A model generated the notes under the pieces. It was not told the DNA's origin. It made no database searches and saw only the letters and a list, made by a program, of their open reading frames with translations. Source: Bacilli bacterium (lineage in GTDB: Bacteria; Bacillota_I; Bacilli_A; RF39; UBA660). From it: a stretch of 64,000 nt of DNA. Of the stretch, positions 9,755 through 20,371 are shown piece by piece. The position numbers were made by a program, and so were the translations under genes. The stretch covers positions 6,356 through 70,355 of the forward strand of contig JAGALD010000065.1 in assembly GCA_017625395.1 (NCBI GenBank). Reading direction: 5' to 3'. How positions within the stretch are numbered: position 1 is the stretch's first letter; every line of letters begins with the position of its first letter.

Positions 9755-11716
9755 ATGAAATTATTGAAAAAAATATTTAAGTTTTTATTCTTTGTTTTTT
9801 TATTATTTTTTATTCTTGGTTTTTCTCTATACGGATATTCTAGAGTATCTACTAAGCTTGAGATAAAGAATGCAAATAATATATCTTTATATGATGGAAA
9901 TGGAAATCTTTTTTTTATGGGAAATGGTACTAGTGAATGGATTAGTCTTGAAAAGATTTCTATTGATTTAATTAATGCTACTATCTCAACAGAAGACAAA
10001 AACTTTTATGATCATTTTGGATTTGATTTTTTAAGAATATTGAAGGCTTGTTGGGTTAATATTACTAGTGGTTCAACAAAGCAAGGTGCTTCTACTATTT
10101 CACAGCAATATGTTAAAAACTTATTTTTAGATTTTGATAAGACCTGGGAGAGAAAATGGAATGAATTATGGCTTACTTTAAATATGGAAATATATTATTC
10201 AAAAGATGAAATATTAGAGGGATATTTAAATACTATTAATTATGGGCATGGAATGTATGGAATTGAGAATGCTAGTAAATTTTATTTCAATAAAAGTGCT
10301 AGTGACTTATCTCTTGCAGAGGCTAGTCTATTGGTTGGAATACCAAAGTCTCCTGCAAATTATTCTCCTATTGTAAATTATGAATTATCAAAATCTAGAC
10401 AAAAGATGGTTTTATCTAGCATGGTAAAAAACGGCTATATCACTGAAGATGAGATGAATATGGCATATAATCAAGAACTTGTTATTGTTGGAAAAAAGAG
10501 TAATATTAATTTATCTACCATTATGTATTATCAAGATGCTGTTTTAAAAGAATTAGAAAATCTTGACAATATTCCAACATCTTTTCTTGATACGGGTGGA
10601 CTAAAAATTTATACTTCACTTGATTTAAACGCACAGGTAATATTAGAAGAGAAAATTGAAAAAAATTTAAAAGGAAGTGAAGAAATTCAAGCAAATGCAA
10701 TTATGATGAATCCTAATACAGGTGCAATAATTGCTCTAGTTGGTGGAAGAGATTATGCTAAGTCACAATATAATAGAGCTACTTCTTCATATAGACAAGT
10801 TGGTTCTGTTATGAAACCTATACTTTATTACTCTGCATTAGAAAATGGCTTTACTGCTTCTACTTGTTTTACTAGCGAAGAAACTACATTCACTTTTTCA
10901 AATAATCAAAATTATTCTCCAAGAAATGCAAGTGAAATATATGGAAACAAACCCATTTCACTTGCTGCTGCAATTGCTTATTCAGACAATGTTTATGCTG
11001 TAAAAACTCATATTTTTCTTGGTGAAGACTCTTTAGTTAATATGGCTAATAGATTAGGAATTAATTCAAATATGCAAGCAGTTCCTTCATTAGCTCTTGG
11101 TACAAGTGAAATAAATATAATCGAACTTACTTCTGCTTTTGCAACTTTTGCTAACGAAGGATACAAAATTAAACCTCATTTGATAACAAAAATTGAAGAT
11201 AGAAATGGCAATGTTTTATACCAGGTTGATGATGTCAAGGAATCAATTTTAAATCCTAGTTTAGTTTATATATTAAATAACTTGTTGACTTCTACGTACG
11301 ATGCAAGCTTTGTAGATTATAATTATCCAACTGTATTAGGAATTGCTAATAAGCTTAGTAGAAAATATGCTATAAAAAGTGGTACTACTGCTACTGATAG
11401 TTGGACTGTAGGATACACCCCTGAAGTTATTACATCAATTTGGATTGGGTATGACGATAGTTCAAATATTGCAACAAGCGATTATATGTATACTAAAAAC
11501 ATTTTTGCAGATTCGATGGAAGCATATTTTAAAGATAAAGAATCAACTTGGTACAATATGCCAAATAATGTTGTTGGAGTATTAGTTGATCCAATAAGTG
11601 GTCTTCCCGTTAATGACTCTTCTAAAAAGAAAAAAGTTTTATATTATCTTAAAGGAACTGAACCCACTAATGATCAAGTTGTTTTTGATGAAATTGACAC
11701 AAAAAAAACTCCTTAG
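9755..11716 (+). CDS. Bifunctional class A penicillin-binding protein (glycosyltransferase/transpeptidase)
   Basis: Preferred start is ATG 9755 (MKLLKKIF..., GGAG 8 nt upstream). The track's 9743 start is a TTG. GT51 motifs: EDKNFYDHFGFD, QGASTISQQ. Transpeptidase motifs: SVMKP (SxxK), KSGTT. N-terminal TM anchor. Confidence 0.85.
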   Translation: MKLLKKIFKFLFFVFLLFFILGFSLYGYSRVSTKLEIKNANNISLYDGNGNLFFMGNGTSEWISLEKISIDLINATISTEDKNFYDHFGFDFLRILKACWVNITSGSTKQGASTISQQYVKNLFLDFDKTWERKWNELWLTLNMEIYYSKDEILEGYLNTINYGHGMYGIENASKFYFNKSASDLSLAEASLLVGIPKSPANYSPIVNYELSKSRQKMVLSSMVKNGYITEDEMNMAYNQELVIVGKKSNINLSTIMYYQDAVLKELENLDNIPTSFLDTGGLKIYTSLDLNAQVILEEKIEKNLKGSEEIQANAIMMNPNTGAIIALVGGRDYAKSQYNRATSSYRQVGSVMKPILYYSALENGFTASTCFTSEETTFTFSNNQNYSPRNASEIYGNKPISLAAAIAYSDNVYAVKTHIFLGEDSLVNMANRLGINSNMQAVPSLALGTSEINIIELTSAFATFANEGYKIKPHLITKIEDRNGNVLYQVDDVKESILNPSLVYILNNLLTSTYDASFVDYNYPTVLGIANKLSRKYAIKSGTTATDSWTVGYTPEVITSIWIGYDDSSNIATSDYMYTKNIFADSMEAYFKDKESTWYNMPNNVVGVLVDPISGLPVNDSSKKKKVLYYLKGTEPTNDQVVFDEIDTKKTP

Positions 11717-11732
11717 AATTTTTCTAGGAGTT

Positions 11733-12296
11733 TTAATATTTAATTATTTCTACTTCATCACCAGTTTTAGCAAGTGAACCATTTCCATCATCTGTATCTA
11801 GATGAAGCTCTAGTTCATAATTAGGTGATGATTTTACATATACATCTTCAAATACTGTTGCTTTCTCTGATTCTATTCTTGCTTTTACTTTTTCTACACC
11901 AACAAGATCATATTTTTCTAAATCGTTTGTATTTATGTGTAAGTGTCTAGCAGCAATTATACAGCATTCTTTTGTTACTTCTCCTTTTGGACCTACAATA
12001 GTAACTTCTGCAGCATTTTCTAAATCACCTGAATTTCTGACAGGAGGTTTAACTCCCAATGTGAAACTATCAGTTTTTGAAATTTCTACTTGGCTATAAC
12101 TTCTTAGTGGTCCTAGAAGTCTAACATTATTAATTACACTTTTTTCTGTTTTTATTGATACTTTTTGATTTGATGCATATTCACCAGGTTGAACTAAGTC
12201 TTTTACTTTTTCTAGAGGTTCATCTCCAAACAAAGTCTTATAATCATCTTCTGTTAAATGTACATGTCTGTTTGATATTCCTAATAATACTTTCAT
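11733..12296 (-). CDS. PduL-type phosphate propanoyl/acetyl-transferase
   Basis: 187 aa. ISNRHVHLTEDD near the N-terminus and a second AARHLHINTNDLEKY block match the duplicated PduL-family motif (NRHVHL / ARHIH). Confidence 0.7.
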   Translation of the reverse strand: MKVLLGISNRHVHLTEDDYKTLFGDEPLEKVKDLVQPGEYASNQKVSIKTEKSVINNVRLLGPLRSYSQVEISKTDSFTLGVKPPVRNSGDLENAAEVTIVGPKGEVTKECCIIAARHLHINTNDLEKYDLVGVEKVKARIESEKATVFEDVYVKSSPNYELELHLDTDDGNGSLAKTGDEVEIIKY

Positions 12297-12433
12297 TTTT
12301 TCACCTTCCTTTGAGATTATAGCATTTTTTTATTTTAAAGTAAATCCTTGTCAATATTAAAAATAAATGATTATTTATTTAATGTGTGCTATAATGAATT
12401 ATATTATAATATCTTAATTAAGCGAGGTGTTTT

Positions 12434-13714
12434 ATGATAGAAGAAATAGAAGATCTATTAGAAATTTTAGACTATTATATTTACTTAGCACATTGTGATT
12501 TTTTTTCATTTGATATGAAAGATCAAATAGAAATTTTAGAGAAAGATATTGCTAACTTAAGGGAATTTGTTAGTAATCCTAATAATATTTCTTCATTTAA
12601 TTTTAATAACTTGAAAAAAAATCTAAATGAATTATTTAGTCCTGATACATTTTCTCCTCCAAAAGAATTTTTGAAAAATCCTCAAGAAACTTTGTCTGAT
12701 ACTTTAGATATCGTTGATATGATTACTTTTCACATTGCAAAAGATCCGTCTTTTTCTATTAATCCACTTGGAGAGATTAAAGAAATACGAGGTCCTAAAC
12801 ATGCAAAAAAGGAAGAGAAGAATAAGCTTGGAAGTAAAATAACAGATATGGCATTAGTAACTTTATTTTTAGCCTCTGAACGTTTTAATTATATATTTAA
12901 AGGAGTGCCATCAAATGCAAAAGAATACTTTCATTTATTAGATAAATATGATAGAGGAATTCAAAAATTAACTGCACAAATTGATTTTTATGATTCTTCT
13001 ATTGCAGTTTTAGAAAGGCAATTACTTTTATTAAAGACTGAAAGGCTTAATATTACAAGAGATGAATATGTTGAGGATATATATTACGAAAGACATGATA
13101 GAGCACAAATTGAGGCAGACCGTGATAAAGATGCTTTAGATAGTTTTGATGAGCAACGTATTAGAAGAGAAGCTGAACTTAGTCCTTTAATTTATCAGGA
13201 ATTTGCTAATTGGCAAAATGAAAGGCAATTTTATATACAGCAATATGAGTCATTATATAACGCTTATATGTATCAATCGCAGACTATGCAAAATCAACAA
13301 TTTCTTGAATCAAGAAAAAGGCTTGACAATATGGCTCGATACATAAACGAAAACTATTCTGATATTAATAGAGGCTATGCTATCGTTCGTGATAAAGTAT
13401 TATCAAGCGACGCAAGATACCAACAGATTACTAGAAATGTTGCAACAGCTAAGGATAAATTCCAAACATCAAATTCAAAGGTTGCTCAATTGGAAGTGAA
13501 TATGCCTGTTATTTTAGAATCAATTAGAAAAGATATTGAAGAAGATTATTCTAAAAAAATCGATGATACTACTGCCGCATTGGATAGAAAGAAAAAAATA
13601 AGAAGAAAGAAACAAGATAAATTAGATGCTTTACATCAAAAAAGAGAAGAACTAGTTGAAAACCATCAAAGAGAATTTGATGTAGATAATTATTTTAAAA
13701 GACAAAGACAATAG
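12434..13714 (+). CDS. Hypothetical coiled-coil protein
   Basis: 426 aa, highly charged and Q/E/K/R-rich with heptad-like periodicity. No recognisable catalytic motif. A -10 TATAAT-like element lies upstream at about 12395. Confidence 0.45.
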   Translation: MIEEIEDLLEILDYYIYLAHCDFFSFDMKDQIEILEKDIANLREFVSNPNNISSFNFNNLKKNLNELFSPDTFSPPKEFLKNPQETLSDTLDIVDMITFHIAKDPSFSINPLGEIKEIRGPKHAKKEEKNKLGSKITDMALVTLFLASERFNYIFKGVPSNAKEYFHLLDKYDRGIQKLTAQIDFYDSSIAVLERQLLLLKTERLNITRDEYVEDIYYERHDRAQIEADRDKDALDSFDEQRIRREAELSPLIYQEFANWQNERQFYIQQYESLYNAYMYQSQTMQNQQFLESRKRLDNMARYINENYSDINRGYAIVRDKVLSSDARYQQITRNVATAKDKFQTSNSKVAQLEVNMPVILESIRKDIEEDYSKKIDDTTAALDRKKKIRRKKQDKLDALHQKREELVENHQREFDVDNYFKRQRQ

Positions 13715-13784
13715 AGTTTTTGTTTTTTTACTAGTATAAAAATGGTTGTTTTGTTATAATTATGTTAAATACGAGGTGGATTTT

Positions 13785-14318
13785 ATGTGGATATATATTT
13801 CTATTAGTGTTTTGGTTGTTATTATTGCGGTAATTTTATTTATATATATAATTCATTATAATAAATTTCAAATTGCTATTATAAAGATTAGTGAAGCAGA
13901 GGAAAGCATTAGTATACTTCTTAGTAAAAAGCTAGATTTATTAATTAGAATAAATAAGTTTATTGAAGAGAAACAAGAAGAAAAAAAACTTGTTGGAATT
14001 GAAACCGTTGCTAGTAAAAATTTAAATAATTTTGAACTTAACAGCGAACTTGATAAGTATAATAAAAAAGTAACTGAGATTACAGATTATAATAAAGATA
14101 TTTCTTTCGAAGAAAATGAACTTTTAGTAATTGAAGAGTTATCTAGAGTAAACTTAGATTGTTTGGCTGCTGAAAAATATTATAATGATAATGTTGTTTT
14201 ATATAATGAATTGATTAAATGTTTTCCTTCTAATATAGTTGGACATATATGTAAATATAGAATGAAAGATTTTTATTCTAATGAAAAAGAAGAGATATTT
14301 GAAATACTTAAAAAGTAA
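13785..14318 (+). CDS. LemA-family membrane protein (putative)
   Basis: Preferred start ATG 13785 with GAGGTGG RBS at 13773-13779. Single N-terminal TM (MWIYISISVLVVIIAVILFIYII) followed by a soluble domain, LemA-like architecture. Confidence 0.5.
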   Translation: MWIYISISVLVVIIAVILFIYIIHYNKFQIAIIKISEAEESISILLSKKLDLLIRINKFIEEKQEEKKLVGIETVASKNLNNFELNSELDKYNKKVTEITDYNKDISFEENELLVIEELSRVNLDCLAAEKYYNDNVVLYNELIKCFPSNIVGHICKYRMKDFYSNEKEEIFEILKK

Positions 14319-14319
14319 A

Positions 14320-14988
14320 TCAAATATCTTTTATTTGCCAATCTATTGGTTTTATTTTATTTTTTATTAGAAAGTTATTGGTTTTTGAAAAAGGTTTACT
14401 TCCAAAGAATCCTCTATAAGCTGATAATGGTGATGGATGGGCAGATTCTATTATATAGTGTTTTGAATTAGTTATTAATGTTTTTTTGCTTCTTGCATCG
14501 CTTCCCCATAATATGAATACAACTGGTGTATTCTTTTTATTTATAATTTTTATTACTTCATCTGTAAAGATTTCCCACCCCTTTTCAGCGTGAGATCTTG
14601 CATTATCTTTTACTACTGTTAATGTTGAGTTTAGAAGAAGTACTCCTTGTTTTGCCCAAGGAACTAAACTACCATTATTTGGAATTTTACATCCTAAATC
14701 ATCTTTTAACTCAGCAAATATATTTATTAATGATTTTGGTTTATCTATACCTACTTTTACTGAAAACGAAAGTCCTTCTGCTTGATTTTCACCATGATAT
14801 GGATCTTGACCCAATATTACTACTTTTACGTCCTCATATTTTGTCTCAATAAAAGCTTTAAATATTTCGGATATTTTTGGATAAATTGTTTTTGTCTTGT
14901 ATTCATTTATTACAAAGTCTTGAAGTTTTTTAAAATAATCTTTTTCATATTCTGCTTCTAATAAAAGATCCCAACTATTACCTATCAT
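14320..14988 (-). CDS. ung: Uracil-DNA glycosylase (family 1)
   Basis: 222 aa. GQDPYHG water-activating motif and a C-terminal HPSPLS-type motif (AHPSPLSAY). Confidence 0.9.
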   Translation of the reverse strand: MIGNSWDLLLEAEYEKDYFKKLQDFVINEYKTKTIYPKISEIFKAFIETKYEDVKVVILGQDPYHGENQAEGLSFSVKVGIDKPKSLINIFAELKDDLGCKIPNNGSLVPWAKQGVLLLNSTLTVVKDNARSHAEKGWEIFTDEVIKIINKKNTPVVFILWGSDARSKKTLITNSKHYIIESAHPSPLSAYRGFFGSKPFSKTNNFLIKNKIKPIDWQIKDI

Positions 14989-15002
14989 AATTTACTCCTT
15001 AG

Positions 15003-16253
15003 TCAAACATCATTTTTTAGTTTAAACATTGCATAGACGTTTATTATAGTTATTAATGCTACTAGTATATCAACTGTATTCCATAAAATTGTTGGACTTG
15101 CAAATGAACTATAAATCATTACTATTATAACAATTATTTTTAATATTTTACTATTTTTATTTAATAAATATTTTATATTTATTTCACCATAATAATATGA
15201 GGTTATTATGGTTGAAAATGCAAAAAGAAAGATGATTAATGTTAACAATATTATTCCAAAGTATCCAAAGTGTTCATAAAATGCATTTGATACAATTTCA
15301 ATTCCATTTATATTAGAGAGCATTATATTTTGATAGTCACTTGTTAATACAATTAGTGCTGTTATTGTACAAATCACTAAGCTTGTAAAAAGTGTTCCAA
15401 TTATTTGAATATTAGCTTGTTTTTCTATATTCTTATCATTTGATAGAGATGCTATCATTGCTGTTGTCCCTACTCCTGCTTCATTTGAGAATATTCCTCT
15501 TTCTATACCAATTATTATTGGAATTAATATTGAACCACTGAAACCTTTAAAACTTAGTGCTGTTGATACTATATTTTTTAATATTTCCAATACTTTGTAT
15601 TTATTGTCTATTATTATAATTATACCTATTAATATATAGAGACCACCCATTATTGGTGTTAAGAAAGAAGTTAATTTTGATATTGTATCTATTCCTTTTT
15701 GTATTGATAAATATGTAATTGTTAATAGTACTAATATTATTGCTATTTTATTTATATCAAATACGTTTTCAAGTGATATTACTATGGTATTGGTTTGTAT
15801 CGAAATAAATGCAAACACGTAAGCTATTATTATTAATATTGAATATATTCGTGCTATATTTTTTTTATTCAATCCCTTTTCAATATAAAATGCTGGGCCA
15901 CCAACTGAATCTTTTGTCGAACAGTTTCTATATTTTATCCCCAATTTTGTTTCCACATAAGAAAGGGATGCTAATATTAATACAGATATCCAGAGCCAAA
16001 ATAATGATGAAGGACCTGCTATATAAATACATAATGCTATTCCAGAAATTGAACCTACACCTATTTTACCAGAAAGTGTTAAATTTAATAATTTAAAAGA
16101 ATTACTCTTCTCTTTTGACTCTTTCTTTAGTGATTTCATAATTTTTATCCACCTAAACTGTGGAAATTTTAAGTAAACTGTATAGTAAATTCCTATATAA
16201 AGTATTAAAATTGTCGTTATAACCCATATTATGTCACTTATTGTTTTTAACAT
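15003..16253 (-). CDS. Alanine/glycine:cation symporter (AGCS family)
   Basis: Polytopic membrane protein. Preferred start ATG 16253 (MLKTISDIIWVITTILILYIG...) with GGTGAT RBS. The track's longer start (16328) would read through the rlmH terminator hairpin. Multi-TM pattern typical of AGCS transporters. Confidence 0.7.
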   Translation of the reverse strand: MLKTISDIIWVITTILILYIGIYYTVYLKFPQFRWIKIMKSLKKESKEKSNSFKLLNLTLSGKIGVGSISGIALCIYIAGPSSLFWLWISVLILASLSYVETKLGIKYRNCSTKDSVGGPAFYIEKGLNKKNIARIYSILIIIAYVFAFISIQTNTIVISLENVFDINKIAIILVLLTITYLSIQKGIDTISKLTSFLTPIMGGLYILIGIIIIIDNKYKVLEILKNIVSTALSFKGFSGSILIPIIIGIERGIFSNEAGVGTTAMIASLSNDKNIEKQANIQIIGTLFTSLVICTITALIVLTSDYQNIMLSNINGIEIVSNAFYEHFGYFGIILLTLIIFLFAFSTIITSYYYGEINIKYLLNKNSKILKIIVIIVMIYSSFASPTILWNTVDILVALITIINVYAMFKLKNDV

Positions 16254-16270
16254 ATTATCACCAATTAAAT

Positions 16271-16311
16271 ATATGTTTTTATAAAAAGAAAAAGTTGCAT
16301 AAGCAACTTTA
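16271..16311 (-). terminator. Rho-independent terminator after rlmH
   Basis: Perfect hairpin AAAGTTGC-ataa-GCAACTTT at 16291-16310 overlaps the rlmH stop. It is followed on the minus strand by a U-rich tract (plus-strand 16271-16290). Confidence 0.55.
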
Positions 16312-16764
16312 TTTGTGATATTCTTCATTATTATTTATTTTAAATGCTCTATATATTTGTTCTAACAATACAAGTCTAAATAGTTGATGTGGAAATGTCA
16401 TCTTAGAAAAAGATAATTTCATTTTTGATAAATTTTTTATTTCGTCATCTAATCCAAAAGATCCCCCAATAATAAAAGTGATATTACTATTTATTATAAA
16501 TATTTCATCAATTTTTTTGGCAAATTCTTCGGATGTTAATTCTTTACCTTCAATTTCTAATGTTATTATATAATCTTTTGGATTAATAATTTTTAAAATT
16601 CTTTCTTTTTCTTTTTTTAATGTTACTTTTTTATCACTTGTATTTTCATCTTGTAATTCGTATATTTCAATATTTTGATATTTTGAAATTCTTTTTTTGT
16701 ATTCTTCAATACCTTTAATTAAGTAATCTTCTTTAATTTTTCCTAAACATATTATTTTTATCAT
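16309..16764 (-). CDS. rlmH: 23S rRNA (pseudouridine1915-N3)-methyltransferase
   Basis: 151-aa SPOUT protein. MIKIICLGKIKEDYLIKGIEEYKKRI matches the RlmH N-terminus. Translationally coupled to the upstream MBL gene. Confidence 0.85.
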   Translation of the reverse strand: MIKIICLGKIKEDYLIKGIEEYKKRISKYQNIEIYELQDENTSDKKVTLKKEKERILKIINPKDYIITLEIEGKELTSEEFAKKIDEIFIINSNITFIIGGSFGLDDEIKNLSKMKLSFSKMTFPHQLFRLVLLEQIYRAFKINNNEEYHK

Positions 16765-17525
16765 TATATTTCAATCAACTCGGTTTCTTCGTATTGTTTT
16801 GCAATTATTATGTTTTCTTTATTAAAAGGATTATCAATAAGTTCTTCCTTTATTTGGTTTAGAGCTAACTCTGGATCATTATTATTTTCACTTATATGTG
16901 CTAAAACTATATATTTTGTGTTATCACCAATTGTTTTATTTAAATATTTTCCAGTGTATCTATTTGATAAGTGTCCTTTATCACTTATTACTCTTTGCTT
17001 TAGTATATAAGGATATGGTCCTTCCATAAGCATCTTTTCATCATGATTTGATTCAATTATATAAACATCTTTATTTTTTGTTAATTCAAAATATCTTCTA
17101 TTTATATATCCTGTATCTGTTAAATACACTATGCTTTTTTCTGAATCATTTATTATAAACCCATATGCTGGAACATCATGGGATGCTGTAATCAATTCTA
17201 TATCTAAATCACCAATTGTAAAGTTACCATCTATTATTTCAATATTTCTTTCTGGAATTATTTTTTTTAATTCCTGACATAGTTCTTCTTTTACAAATAC
17301 TTGTGTATCTATTTTTTTTATAACTGATGCCAATCCGTTAATATGATCACTATGAGTGTGACTTATTAATATTCCATCAAGTGATAATAAATCGACATTA
17401 ATTTTATCTAATTCTTTTTTTATTCTTGTATAATTGATTCCAGCATCTATTAATACTTTTGTAGTATTGGACTCTATATATGTGCAATTTCCTTTGGAAC
17501 CACTTGCTAATACTTGTATTCTCAT
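16764..17525 (-). CDS. MBL-fold metallo-hydrolase (YycJ/WalJ-like)
   Basis: 253 aa with HTHSDH metal-binding motif. Sits in the yycJ-rlmH arrangement conserved in Firmicutes. Confidence 0.75.
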   Translation of the reverse strand: MRIQVLASGSKGNCTYIESNTTKVLIDAGINYTRIKKELDKINVDLLSLDGILISHTHSDHINGLASVIKKIDTQVFVKEELCQELKKIIPERNIEIIDGNFTIGDLDIELITASHDVPAYGFIINDSEKSIVYLTDTGYINRRYFELTKNKDVYIIESNHDEKMLMEGPYPYILKQRVISDKGHLSNRYTGKYLNKTIGDNTKYIVLAHISENNNDPELALNQIKEELIDNPFNKENIIIAKQYEETELIEI

Positions 17526-19021
17526 TAGTAGAATCTTAGTGGATTTACTGCCACTCCTCCACGATATGGATAACCTTTATAGATTGAAAAGTGTAAGTGT
17601 GTTCCTCTTGTTGGATATGCTGCTGTTGGTTTTGGTACTACATAACCTGAGTTTCCCATTGTCCCAATTTGTGTTCCCATTGATACTGCTTGACCTGGTT
17701 TTACATACAATTCTTTCATGTGCGCATAAACTGAATAATATCCATTGTTATGATTTATATATATATAATATCCGTTTGTTTTATCCCATCTGGCAATTTC
17801 AACCGTTCCGTTATTTGCTGCATATATTGGTGAACCATATCCAGTACCTGAAATATCAAGTCCTTCATGTAATTTTCCCCAGCGATATCCAAAATAACTA
17901 GTAATATCATATGGTTTGTTTGTTGGCCAATACCATACTCCTGGGTTTCCTATTGTAGGAACAACTTTACTTCCTTTAACTATTATTTTGTTAACTGCAG
18001 GTTTAATTACTTCAGTATTTGTTATAACTGATAGTTCTACTTCACCATTATTTTTTTGAACTTTTTTTGTTACTTTTAATGTCCCATTTACACCTTGTTG
18101 CTTTACTTTTTCAAAGCCAACTAAAAGACTTGAATCGTATTCTATCTTTGTATTAAACTTTTGGGTTTGAATCTCGACAACGTGATCTTCCTCTATTAAA
18201 CTAAATAGCGGATTGATAAGTCCAAGATTGACTACTTGTCCTTCGTATAACAAATTATTTTCACTAGTAAACTCTGGATTTGCTATTAAAAACTCTTTTA
18301 CCGAAAGCTTATTGTTATACGCAATATCACTTATTACGTCTCCGCTTTTTACAGTATATTTCTTTTGTTCTTCTAATGTTCCAAATAGCAAATATCTGCT
18401 TAGCTCATCGGAATTTGTAAATATTTTTCCTTCAGTAGATATATTTCCTTGTTTTATGGTTATCTGATTTTGAATATATATATCTTCTATTAATTTTCCA
18501 ACATCTTTTAATTCTGGTTGGGTACCATTAATAAAATTTTGATAATCAGTATCTGTTACAAATACTGATACTGTTGTTTTTACTGCATCTTCAAATGTCT
18601 CTTTATTTAATACATAAATTTCTTTATCCTTACTAGTAACGGTTCCATCTTCTTCAATAATTCCTTTTATTGTTACTGTATATCCTTGAATTGTAAATGG
18701 TGCTATATCTTTGATAGATTCGTAAATCTCTTTTTCAGTTGACACTTTTTTGTTGTAAGTTATTTCTTTTATGATATCTAAATTGTTAGGCGCATACACT
18801 TTATCTACTTTATACTTATCTTTTATTTCAATCTGTTCATCGTCAATATATGTTTCTAACAGCTCTTTATCTTTTATATATCCGATAGTTTTTCCACTGA
18901 GATAAACCCTATATAATTCTTGTGGACTTTTAAATGTTTCATATCCCCAAAATAAGGCGATAGAACTTATTAAAGCACAAACTATTATTGTTATAATTCC
19001 CTTTTTACTCATTTGCTTCAC
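17525..19021 (-). CDS. M23-family peptidoglycan endopeptidase with LysM-like domain
   Basis: 498 aa with N-terminal TM. LysM-like segment YTVKSGDVISDIAYNNKLSVKEFLIANP. C-terminal M23 signatures: HEGLDISG, HLHFSIY. Confidence 0.75.
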   Translation of the reverse strand: MKQMSKKGIITIIVCALISSIALFWGYETFKSPQELYRVYLSGKTIGYIKDKELLETYIDDEQIEIKDKYKVDKVYAPNNLDIIKEITYNKKVSTEKEIYESIKDIAPFTIQGYTVTIKGIIEEDGTVTSKDKEIYVLNKETFEDAVKTTVSVFVTDTDYQNFINGTQPELKDVGKLIEDIYIQNQITIKQGNISTEGKIFTNSDELSRYLLFGTLEEQKKYTVKSGDVISDIAYNNKLSVKEFLIANPEFTSENNLLYEGQVVNLGLINPLFSLIEEDHVVEIQTQKFNTKIEYDSSLLVGFEKVKQQGVNGTLKVTKKVQKNNGEVELSVITNTEVIKPAVNKIIVKGSKVVPTIGNPGVWYWPTNKPYDITSYFGYRWGKLHEGLDISGTGYGSPIYAANNGTVEIARWDKTNGYYIYINHNNGYYSVYAHMKELYVKPGQAVSMGTQIGTMGNSGYVVPKPTAAYPTRGTHLHFSIYKGYPYRGGVAVNPLRFY

Positions 19022-20360
19022 CTTTATTATTATCTATTATTGAAAAGAATTTCGAAATATCTTTTTGGAATCTTAATGGAATTGTTCCTGTTGCACCATT
19101 ACGGTGTTTTGCTACTATAAACTCCAAATCACTTGCTTGATCTTTTTTCTCTAAATCTTTTTTATAATAGTCTTCTCTAAATAGGAATGCAACTATATCG
19201 GCATCTTGCTCAATTGATCCAGATTCTCTTAAGTCACTAAGAATTGGTCTTGGATTTTCTTTTCTTTGTTCTGCTGAACGTGAAAGTTGGGCAAGTGCTA
19301 CTACTGGTACTTTTAACTCTAATGCCATAAGTTTTAGTGCTCTTGATATATCTGATACTTCTTGTTGTCTATTTCCACCATAGTTAGCCGCTGAAGTTAT
19401 AAGCTGTAAGTAGTCTATTACTACAAGGTCAAGTCCTGCTTCTGAATTTGCAAGTCTTCTACATTTACTTCTTATTTCTCCTATTGTAATACCTGGCGTA
19501 TCATCCATATATATGTTTGTTTTAGAGAGCTTACTTATTGCTTCATCTAATTTATCCCAATCATCATCTAAGTTTCCGGTTGCTAATTTATACCCTTCAA
19601 TGTGTCCAACACAAGCAAGCATTCTGGATGCTAAACTTTCTGCACTCATTTCCATGTTGAATATTGCTACAGTTTTATCTGAATTTATTGCTGCATTTGT
19701 TGCAAGGTTTAATGCCCAAGCACTTTTTCCTACTGCGGGACGTGCTGCAATTATTATCAACTGTCCTTCATGAAGACCTGCAGTCATTTTATCAAGACGT
19801 TCCCACCCTGTTGAAAGACCGGTTACTTCTCCTTTTTGAGTTGATAATTTTTTCAAATTTGCTTTAGTACTATTTAATACTTCTGTTATTGTTCTAAATT
19901 CTGTTGAACGTCTATTATTTACTACACTTAATATTTTTCTTTCTGCATCATCTAAGGTAGCATTTATGTCGTTTTGTTTCTCAAATGCTGACTTTTTTAT
20001 ATCGTCAGACACTTGAATCAATCTTCTAAGCATTGCATCGTTTTCAACTATTTTTATGTAATGTTCAATATTAGCTGCAGTTGGTACTATATTAAAAATT
20101 TCTGTTAAATATTCAACTCCACCAACTTCACTTAATATTTCTTTGTTTTTTAGTTCTGTTGTTATTGTTGTTGCATCAATTGGTATTTTTTTATTAAACA
20201 TATCCTTAACAGTAGAAAAAATCTTCGCATTCTTAGGATAATGAAAAGATTCTGCTGTTAATGCATCGCATGCTTTTTGTAAGGCATATGTAGATAGAAA
20301 CATTGAACCTAATACAGACTGTTCCGCAACTAAATCATTTGGTATTTCTTCTAATGCCAT
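19005..20360 (-). CDS. dnaB: Replicative DNA helicase
   Basis: 451 aa. Walker A GKSAWALN, the DnaB N-terminal domain (SVLGSMFL) and a RecA-like C-terminus. Confidence 0.9.
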   Translation of the reverse strand: MALEEIPNDLVAEQSVLGSMFLSTYALQKACDALTAESFHYPKNAKIFSTVKDMFNKKIPIDATTITTELKNKEILSEVGGVEYLTEIFNIVPTAANIEHYIKIVENDAMLRRLIQVSDDIKKSAFEKQNDINATLDDAERKILSVVNNRRSTEFRTITEVLNSTKANLKKLSTQKGEVTGLSTGWERLDKMTAGLHEGQLIIIAARPAVGKSAWALNLATNAAINSDKTVAIFNMEMSAESLASRMLACVGHIEGYKLATGNLDDDWDKLDEAISKLSKTNIYMDDTPGITIGEIRSKCRRLANSEAGLDLVVIDYLQLITSAANYGGNRQQEVSDISRALKLMALELKVPVVALAQLSRSAEQRKENPRPILSDLRESGSIEQDADIVAFLFREDYYKKDLEKKDQASDLEFIVAKHRNGATGTIPLRFQKDISKFFSIIDNNKGEANE

Positions 20361-20371
20361 ATAATCACTTC

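Noticed and set aside
15003-16328. Longer start (16328) for the AGCS transporter gene as given in the ORF track
   Set aside because: That start would place the first 25 codons across the rlmH stop and its perfect terminator hairpin. The in-frame ATG at 16253 has an RBS and begins exactly at the first TM helix.
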